64,000 nt of DNA from Candidatus Levyibacteriota bacterium (lineage in GTDB: Bacteria; Patescibacteriota; Microgenomatia; Levybacterales; UBA12049), in the NCBI GenBank assembly GCA_027459745.1, contig DAIDHL010000003.1:1125-65124 (forward strand), in the 5' to 3' direction. Position numbers and translations under genes: made by a program. Positions 57,314-64,000 of this stretch are shown here, piece by piece. The notes below the pieces were generated by a model that worked only from the letters and a program-made list of their open reading frames with translations, made no database searches and was not told the DNA's origin. Positions within the stretch are counted from its first letter, which is position 1, and each line of letters begins with the position of its first letter.

Positions 57314-58009
57314 ATGCTTATTTCTATACTTACTCTTTTCCCAGAAATGTTCCTGGGTCCTTTTGATCATTCAATTATCAAACAGGCACAAATTAAAAAC
57401 CTTGTTAATATCGAGTTTGTAAACCTTCGTAAGTTTGGAGTTGGTAAACACCATCAAGTTGACGACACCCCTTATGGCGGAGGAATAGGTATGGTTATGA
57501 GAGTTGATGTGGTTAACTCCGCCATTCAAAGCACCATTCGACCTGATCTTACACAACGTAAAATAATTCTCACTAGCGCAAAAGGTAAGTTATACAAACA
57601 AGCAAAAGCCCGAGAATATTCAAAACTGGAGCACTTAATTATAATCTGTGGACACTATGAAGGAATTGATGAACGAATATTAAACTACATTGATGAAGAA
57701 GTTTCAATCGGAGAGTTCGTGTTAACCGGAGGAGAAATCCCGGCCATGTTGATTGCAGACAGCGTGACCAGATTATTAGACGGTGTGTTAAAAAAAGATG
57801 CCACAGAGCTAGAATCTTTTTCTTTGTGTGAAAAAGATTCGAATCAAATGCTGCTTGAGTATCCCCATTACACAAGACCTGCTATTTATGAAGGCCTTGA
57901 AGTACCTAAAATCCTCACGGAAGGTAATCACAAAAAAATTAAGAGCTGGAGAATGATACAGGCCAAGATAAATTCCTCAAAACACCACCCTGATAAAGAT
58001 ATTAATTAG
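57314..58009 (+). CDS. trmD: tRNA (guanine37-N1)-methyltransferase
   Basis: MLISILTLFPEMF..., SPOUT fold, GGGIGMVM. Confidence 0.85.
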   Translation: MLISILTLFPEMFLGPFDHSIIKQAQIKNLVNIEFVNLRKFGVGKHHQVDDTPYGGGIGMVMRVDVVNSAIQSTIRPDLTQRKIILTSAKGKLYKQAKAREYSKLEHLIIICGHYEGIDERILNYIDEEVSIGEFVLTGGEIPAMLIADSVTRLLDGVLKKDATELESFSLCEKDSNQMLLEYPHYTRPAIYEGLEVPKILTEGNHKKIKSWRMIQAKINSSKHHPDKDIN

Positions 58010-58724
58010 ATGGAAAAGTAGGCAAATTTCCCGTAGTAGTGGTATTTACTAAGGGAGACAAGTTACTGGTGTTCCAACTTGCTAATTGATTTAAAGTCGA
58101 TTGATCTGTAGGATTTAAAGACAAATTATAAGTGGTCAAATCTACAGTGTGTTGTTGATACGGCACATAATAAACTTGAAGGGCAATCGTTGCTTGGGCT
58201 TGGGAAATAGAAATACTTTCTACACTCATTAGGGGAAGACTATTTTTAATTTTTGTTAGAAAATTTACAATTCCGGAAGGACTACCGTCAATGTCGATAT
58301 CCAGAGTAAAGTCTTGTGTAGAAGACGATCCAGGCGTATTAGATTTAGAAGCATAATCACCGACTTTCACTGTAAAATCATTAAGTATGACATTAGATTG
58401 AATCGCCACTGATGAAATATCTTGAATCGCTCCCGAAAAATCTTTATCTACCGGCACAGCGTTATTGACTAAATTGAAGTTAGTCTGCAAGTCACTGTCG
58501 TTAAGTCCGCTAATATTGTTTATGTTATTCTGCAAGGTAGAGATTTGAGTCTTTAATTGAGTAACCTGTGCATCAATATTGAGAAAGTTTTGTATTTCAG
58601 GATAAATTACAAACATAATCAATAAAATACAAGCCACGATAATCGTGGAGTAAACGGTTGGCAAGTAGTACTTGGAATCTTTGAACAAGAATAAGTAATA
58701 TTTATAAGGATGTCTTAGTTTCAT
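58002..58724 (-). CDS. pilO: Type IV pilus assembly protein PilO-like
   Basis: Single TM and coiled coil, located downstream of pilN. Confidence 0.5.
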   Translation of the reverse strand: MKLRHPYKYYLFLFKDSKYYLPTVYSTIIVACILLIMFVIYPEIQNFLNIDAQVTQLKTQISTLQNNINNISGLNDSDLQTNFNLVNNAVPVDKDFSGAIQDISSVAIQSNVILNDFTVKVGDYASKSNTPGSSSTQDFTLDIDIDGSPSGIVNFLTKIKNSLPLMSVESISISQAQATIALQVYYVPYQQHTVDLTTYNLSLNPTDQSTLNQLASWNTSNLSPLVNTTTTGNLPTFPSN

Positions 58725-59257
58725 TGTATTTTGGCATCTATATTCAAACTATAATTACCATTAGTACCCGCATTAGATAATGAAGTAGTTTTAAAATTCG
58801 TTAAATGTACCACTGTAATATTCTTTAAATTAGCCTCAAAATCTTGTAATGACAAAAGAGAAGAACTCCCAGCCTGTATAATTATATTATTATCCTTAAT
58901 ACTTAAACTAATGATATTCACATCAGAGGTGGTTTGGGCATATATACTTTGAATTATCTTGTCATACACATTCCTCTGTGCGATAAATTTAGTTGCATTT
59001 CTAGTTCTATCAATGATAAATTGCATTTTGGCTATTTTATTAGATAGTCCCTGAGACGATGCAATCAAATTTTTTTCCGTATTTTGATACTGAGTTAGCG
59101 GAGAAAAAAAAGTAAGTAAAAAGAAAATTATAGATACTACCGGCACAATAAATACAAAAAAAAGAGCCAATATTCTTAGCCATTTAACACTTTTGGATAA
59201 ATTATCTTGCCTAACTAATTGTTTAGGGAGAAAATTAATTTCATTTTTCATAATCAA
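58721..59257 (-). CDS. pilN: Type IV pilus assembly protein PilN-like
   Basis: INFLP motif, TM, 178 aa; overlaps pilM. Confidence 0.55.
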   Translation of the reverse strand: MIMKNEINFLPKQLVRQDNLSKSVKWLRILALFFVFIVPVVSIIFFLLTFFSPLTQYQNTEKNLIASSQGLSNKIAKMQFIIDRTRNATKFIAQRNVYDKIIQSIYAQTTSDVNIISLSIKDNNIIIQAGSSSLLSLQDFEANLKNITVVHLTNFKTTSLSNAGTNGNYSLNIDAKIQ

Positions 59258-60272
59258 CCAATGCTAGTCCTACCGCAGTGGCATAATCTGTATCGGTGTC
59301 TAGAATCTGTTTAGGCACTTTTTCAATAGCATGCATCTTCCATGGATTGGCAATCACTGTTTCCATACCCAAATTTTTAACAAAAAATACATCTATACCC
59401 GATAATGAACTTAGCTGTCCTGAAAGAATAATTTGGCCTACCGTTGAAGCTTGTTTGTTTTTTTCCGAATAATATGCGAGTGCTTTCCTGACTTCCGTTA
59501 ATAGGGACTGTAGAATAGGCTGGATAACATTGGCAATCTTTTCACCAGTTTGTTGATTGGAGACACCATACACTTTTATATATTGATCAGCCTGCTCTTC
59601 AGCTAAATTAAATTGTGTCATCACCGCTCTTGAAATCGCCACACTACCCAAAGGAATGGAGTATATAAAACTAATAATTCCTTGTTCTACAACAACAATA
59701 CTGGTATTAAATCTCCCTACATTCATTATTAAAGTAGTTGGGGATTTAGAAGTCAGATTTATCCCTCTAATAACAGAAATTATTTCTGTTTCCAGTGTCT
59801 GAGGCTTCAAACCGGCCATTTCAAGCACATTACGATACTTTTTTACCATGGACGACTGAGCTCCTACTATTAACACTTCTAACATAGTATCTCCATTTAC
59901 TTCACGTTTCCTTAATTGTTGGTAAGAGAGATTAAGAGTGGCCAGTGGAGCAGGAATATTTTGCTCAGCTTCCCAATATATAGCATTACTTAAATCTTTA
60001 GTTGACATTTCAGGAATAAATACAACTTTACTATAGACTGCACTATCGGGTAGAGCAGCATTAACAATGCTAGTTGATATATTGGCATCTTTCACTAGCT
60101 GCCTTATAGTTTCTGCTATCTCTTCCAAATCAAAAGAAGATTCCGATAACATACCAGGACCTGGCATATCAACAGACATGCAGGATTTTAGAGACTGCCG
60201 GTTTTGGTCACCCTGCAGCATTACCACTTTAATTTTTTTTGTACCTATATCAATCCCAAATGAACTGGCCAT
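59241..60272 (-). CDS. pilM: Type IV pilus assembly ATPase-fold protein PilM
   Basis: Actin-like fold (FGIDIGTKKIKVV). Start placed at MASSFG. Confidence 0.75.
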   Translation of the reverse strand: MASSFGIDIGTKKIKVVMLQGDQNRQSLKSCMSVDMPGPGMLSESSFDLEEIAETIRQLVKDANISTSIVNAALPDSAVYSKVVFIPEMSTKDLSNAIYWEAEQNIPAPLATLNLSYQQLRKREVNGDTMLEVLIVGAQSSMVKKYRNVLEMAGLKPQTLETEIISVIRGINLTSKSPTTLIMNVGRFNTSIVVVEQGIISFIYSIPLGSVAISRAVMTQFNLAEEQADQYIKVYGVSNQQTGEKIANVIQPILQSLLTEVRKALAYYSEKNKQASTVGQIILSGQLSSLSGIDVFFVKNLGMETVIANPWKMHAIEKVPKQILDTDTDYATAVGLALVDYEK

Positions 60273-60285
60273 AGTAAATTCCTTA

Positions 60286-61260
60286 TTATCTTGAATATAA
60301 TGAGTAAACCATTGGTAGCTGAGGGAAGCCATGAAAGTAGCTAATTGTGCGTTGGGTATCCCCAGAGGTACCCGTTGAAATATATAAGTCTCCTTGCGAG
60401 GGTAAAGTAGATGTTGAATGACTTTCAACACCCATAATCGAAGAATTAAATAATGGGATAAACTCAATTAAATAAGTCTTATAAGTTGGGTTTGAACTAT
60501 CTGTAGTAGAAATCGTCACACTATAATTGAATTTCAAATTTTGATATTGAGTTATATAACTATCATTGAAGTAAGATTGACTGGCATCAGTTATACCAGT
60601 GGAGGTTGCCGGATTACCTGAAATTCTACTACAAGGATCAAACACATAGCGATGAGACAGAGCAGAAGTAATTTTATTCTTAGCATCTTTGGTATTACCC
60701 ATATAAGTTATTATCTCTAAAGCTGGTACTATTGCACCCGAACTGCAACTATAATTTGTGGGGTTACCACTTAAATCATTTAAAGGAGCCCAATAAACTG
60801 TCAAATTGCCCGAATAAGGAGTTTTAGTAAAATCAGGGGCATTATTAGTATGATCTACCAACCAAATATCTGCACCCTGATCAGCTACTACAGAATTACC
60901 ACCGCTTATAAGAAATTCAGGATTGATAGGACAACTAGATGAACAAGAACTACCACCGACGCTATATTTATTGACGTTTTGAATGTTACCTGATTGAAAA
61001 GTTTGAGAAGAAATACTCTTATTCTGATTAATAGCCAGCTGTACACCTGCCTCTGCCGCTGCTAAAGCCTGTTGGGAATTTTGTTGTGCCACTGCCGCCC
61101 TAGAATCTGTTATGCTGCGTGAGACGAAAGCTAAGCCAACAGATAAAGCTATAACTCCAACTAGAATTATCAACAAAGATATTTGTCCTTTTTCAGATAT
61201 AAAATTGATTCTTTTTCTCATCCGCAATTTTATCGTAGCAAGGGGACCACCATCTGTCAA
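60286..61260 (-). CDS. PilX-like pilus-associated protein (N-terminal hydrophobic anchor, no canonical prepilin motif)
   Basis: MRKRINFISEKGQISLLIILVGV. Position between the pseudopilins and pilM. Confidence 0.4.
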   Translation of the reverse strand: MTDGGPLATIKLRMRKRINFISEKGQISLLIILVGVIALSVGLAFVSRSITDSRAAVAQQNSQQALAAAEAGVQLAINQNKSISSQTFQSGNIQNVNKYSVGGSSCSSSCPINPEFLISGGNSVVADQGADIWLVDHTNNAPDFTKTPYSGNLTVYWAPLNDLSGNPTNYSCSSGAIVPALEIITYMGNTKDAKNKITSALSHRYVFDPCSRISGNPATSTGITDASQSYFNDSYITQYQNLKFNYSVTISTTDSSNPTYKTYLIEFIPLFNSSIMGVESHSTSTLPSQGDLYISTGTSGDTQRTISYFHGFPQLPMVYSLYSR

Positions 61261-61268
61261 TGGAAGTT

Positions 61269-61910
61269 TTAGTTGCGCATCAGCACATTAGTTTGAAAAG
61301 TCTGAGCGCTCTGTTGATTTTCAGTAGCTCCTGTACTATTGGCAGACCCTAATGTGAAAGAAATACCTATAACTGGTGGTTGATTAGCAGCTAATTGTGA
61401 GCAAGTAATCTTACAACTTTTTACACCAACAGCTGAACTTACCCAAGGCTGGATAGTTGGGGTAGCTGGGATCGGACTTGTGTCAAAAGTTAAAAAATTA
61501 GGAGTGGGAGGAGTACCAGAACATGATATGGCTGATACATTACCACTGGTATCTACATACTCTACCATAGCATATCCAGCCGTACTACTACACAAATTAC
61601 CAGATAGATCTCCATCGGAATATATACATCCCGCTACCTTCTGATTTCCAGATTGTTCGCGACAATCGCTGGAGGGATTAACAGACACCGCAATAAAGCT
61701 TTGCGCATTTCTAACGGAATTAGAAAATTGAGTGATGATATAGTCTCCTGTTTTTTGCACTTGAGCAGAGATAGATGATTTGTTATCTGCTCGGAGTACA
61801 ATACTTATGATGTTACCGGCAACTCCGCTTACCAACCCAATCAATACTAATACGATCAATAACTCAACTAAAGTAAATCCTCCCATGTAACTAATCTTTT
61901 TCATAGACAT
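61269..61910 (-). CDS. Prepilin-type N-terminal cleavage/methylation domain protein (pseudopilin)
   Basis: GGFTLVELLIVLVLIG class III signal. Confidence 0.65.
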   Translation of the reverse strand: MSMKKISYMGGFTLVELLIVLVLIGLVSGVAGNIISIVLRADNKSSISAQVQKTGDYIITQFSNSVRNAQSFIAVSVNPSSDCREQSGNQKVAGCIYSDGDLSGNLCSSTAGYAMVEYVDTSGNVSAISCSGTPPTPNFLTFDTSPIPATPTIQPWVSSAVGVKSCKITCSQLAANQPPVIGISFTLGSANSTGATENQQSAQTFQTNVLMRN

Positions 61911-61912
61911 CT

Positions 61913-62497
61913 TTAAAAGCCTGCAGTTGGCAAAGCATCAGTATTTGAAATACAGGTATCCAACTTAGTTAACCGACAGAAGTAACTTGAGGAGGAAGAA
62001 GAGGAAGAAGAACACTTATTATCATGCCAGCCAACAGTTACTTCGATCAAATAATTTGTATACGATGACCCTGAAAGACAGGGATTTCCTCCTGTCGTAA
62101 CATTAACTTGTCTTAGGTATAATTGACCTATTGAATCAACCAACAAATATGCAGAAGGAATAGAGTTGGAAGCACATTGTTGCAGGGGATTTATACTTCC
62201 ATTAGAGTCAGGGGTGGGAGTTGGGCCATGAGTACTTTCTGTTGTGGAGGTCGACCCCAAACAGAAGTTTGCCCCTTGAGTAACTAAATTATTTAAAAAA
62301 GTCGGGTTTTGTTGTGCTTGGGTTTTGATATATTCCATACCAGTCTGAGCAAATTGTAATGCTGTAGAACCATTTTGGTTATTGTTAATGTTTGTAAAAG
62401 TAGCCAGAATTATTGACGTTATCGCTACCAGTAAAAAAGAAGCCACTACAATAGCCAAAAGCATTTCAATTAAAGTTTGTCCTCCTTGATATTTCAT
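61913..62497 (-). CDS. Prepilin-type pseudopilin
   Basis: GGQTLIEMLLAIVV class III signal. Confidence 0.6.
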   Translation of the reverse strand: MKYQGGQTLIEMLLAIVVASFLLVAITSIILATFTNINNNQNGSTALQFAQTGMEYIKTQAQQNPTFLNNLVTQGANFCLGSTSTTESTHGPTPTPDSNGSINPLQQCASNSIPSAYLLVDSIGQLYLRQVNVTTGGNPCLSGSSYTNYLIEVTVGWHDNKCSSSSSSSSSYFCRLTKLDTCISNTDALPTAGF

Positions 62498-62500
62498 AGA

Positions 62501-63085
62501 CTAATTCATACTTATTACTCCAGCTGCTGAAACTGAAATTGTTTTTGTTAGCGGGGGAGTTTGGTTATTTTGTAAAGTTATAGTACCCGAAAGTGGGGTT
62601 TTATTTAAAAATGGGAAAAATATATGTGATGAAGAACCAGTAGTAAAGGAGATATTTTGTCCAGAAGGTAAAGATTTTACCCATTTAATATTATCTACTG
62701 GGTAATATTGATAACTGCCTCCACCATTAGGGCAGGTAAAAACAATATCTAAAGAGTATGTCGTATTACCAGAGGATCCGTTTGAAGCAGGTATCGAAAC
62801 TCCATATCCGACAAAATCGGCCGTTTGAGATAGACATCCAGCCGAATTAAGTTCTCTTTGAGCGGCAGGGTTTGTAGGATCAACATTGGATGCAGCATAA
62901 TTACGAGCTACACTTAGTGTTTCTTCTACATCCATAGCCGCCTGGTCAAAAGTCTGCGAGGAACGATAATTTTGAAACGCCGGCACTGCGATGCCAAAAA
63001 CCAGTCCTATAATTACTATGACAATCAAAAGTTCTATAAGCGTAAATCCGCGCATATTCATTGAAGCTTTAAGGGTTTTGTACAA
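62501..63085 (-). CDS. Prepilin-type pseudopilin
   Basis: RGFTLIELLIVIVIIG class III signal. Confidence 0.65.
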   Translation of the reverse strand: MYKTLKASMNMRGFTLIELLIVIVIIGLVFGIAVPAFQNYRSSQTFDQAAMDVEETLSVARNYAASNVDPTNPAAQRELNSAGCLSQTADFVGYGVSIPASNGSSGNTTYSLDIVFTCPNGGGSYQYYPVDNIKWVKSLPSGQNISFTTGSSSHIFFPFLNKTPLSGTITLQNNQTPPLTKTISVSAAGVISMN

Positions 63086-63677
63086 TATAATATCTACCTG
63101 ACGTACATTTTGGATTAGTGTTTACAATATTTGCACTAATATCAGGGAAATTTGTACTTAAATCAGTGCTACTGTACGTATTTATTCCAGTATCTGAAGA
63201 ATTTTCAAGACAAGCAATCAAACCATAACTGAGACAAGGTGTAGTGGAATTGTCGCAACTATAAGACGGAGAGTTGGATGAATTATATGAAAGGTAAAGA
63301 TACTCACCTCCATTAAATACAGAACTTGCAGATAAGCCAAGAGGGTCACAAGGAATAGCTTGTAAATAAGTAACCGTTCCACTACTGGTAGTGCCCTGAA
63401 AAGCATCACTTGTACAATTAGTCATAGAAGATGGGTAAAGACCTGTAGAGATGGGGTAGTAACCAAAATCATGCCTATATAGCTCAAGCGCGGATTGTAT
63501 GCTGGCGAAATTTGATTTACGCTGTGTATCACGGCCTCTCTGTATCTGAGCAACAGGGTTTATAGCTATAATTAACACTGAGGACAAGATTCCCAACATA
63601 GCTATAACTATAAGAAGCTCTACAAGCGTAAAACCCGACTGTAATTTATGTAGCATAATTCTACTATAGCATGCCAA
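63069..63677 (-). CDS. Type IV pilin / GspG-like prepilin (candidate major pilin)
   Basis: SGFTLVELLIVIAMLG, plus a GspG-like RDTQRKSNFASIQSALELY segment. Adjacent to pilD. Confidence 0.65.
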   Translation of the reverse strand: MACYSRIMLHKLQSGFTLVELLIVIAMLGILSSVLIIAINPVAQIQRGRDTQRKSNFASIQSALELYRHDFGYYPISTGLYPSSMTNCTSDAFQGTTSSGTVTYLQAIPCDPLGLSASSVFNGGEYLYLSYNSSNSPSYSCDNSTTPCLSYGLIACLENSSDTGINTYSSTDLSTNFPDISANIVNTNPKCTSGRYYIVQNP

Positions 63678-64000
63678 GCAAGTAATTCAAATGTGTGTAA
63701 TAAAAAATCAGATAAATGAAGTGCATTGGTAAACTAAGAGCTATGTAAGTCCCTAAAACGAGAAATGGACCGAAAGGAATGGCTGATCCTCTTAGTTGTT
63801 TCTTTTTAATGAATATGTATATTAAGCCTATTACTGCTCCCAAAACAAATGATATATATAATCCTATTATAATTCTGGGAAAACCAAGCAGGCTACCCAT
63901 AAAAAATGCAAACACTACATCGCCAAAACCCAGGCCCTTTCCCCGTGTTACAAGAAATAAAACCAGAAAAAATACTGCAGCCCCCAAAGCTGCAAATAAA
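63664..64000 (-). CDS. pilD: Prepilin peptidase (A24 family), C-terminal part; the gene continues beyond the window end
   Basis: GLGFGDVVFAFFMGSLLGF and multiple TM segments. The frame stays open to nt 64000. Confidence 0.6.
   Translation of the reverse strand, partial: LFAALGAAVFFLVLFLVTRGKGLGFGDVVFAFFMGSLLGFPRIIIGLYISFVLGAVIGLIYIFIKKKQLRGSAIPFGPFLVLGTYIALSLPMHFIYLIFYYTHLNYLLGML

Noticed and set aside
1-64000. CRISPR arrays, rRNA, tmRNA, RNase P RNA
   Set aside because: No regularly spaced direct repeats with unique spacers and no recognisable conserved cores of these RNAs were seen. The only tandem array (38583-38650) has 10-bp units without spacers.

Overview
This is a low-GC (~35%) bacterial chromosomal segment that mixes core translation genes with an accessory-looking block of small hypothetical, membrane and regulatory genes. 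Core genes include thrS-infC-rpmI-rplT, pheS-pheT, tyrS, recG, rpmF-nusB-rnc, rpsP-KH-trmD, tig, PBP1A and an ilvB-ilvN-ilvA-ridA operon. Accessory content includes two class-II Fic proteins, a MarR-regulated EmrAB-like efflux unit, an ArsR/DUF302-glutaredoxin/DUF2892/rhodanese module, an ECF sigma pair, a cytochrome-b-like membrane protein, a P-type ATPase, TspO, and a type IV pilus cluster at the 3' edge (pilD partial, four prepilins, a PilX-like gene, pilM, pilN, pilO). Six dispersed tRNAs lack an encoded CCA end. Minimal protein architectures (tig without a PPIase domain, ThrRS without the N1 domain, short pheT, no rimM) and frequent leaderless promoters suggest a reduced-genome, possibly Patescibacteria-like organism; that placement is inference only. 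The most notable observation is a family of four leader-peptide transcription attenuators, each carrying a cognate codon run: Ile/Val/Leu before ilvB, Val/Leu/Ile before an unknown gene, Thr before thrS, and a pheM-like FWFYF peptide after rplT. All four share the same modular build: a leaderless leader ORF, an upstream copy of the terminator's 3' stem half, and a 5-6 bp GC stem-loop followed by a T7 run. Second, pheS is bracketed by two copies of a ~117-bp imperfect-palindromic MITE-like element with compensatory hairpin changes, and a related element sits next to the arsR promoter.
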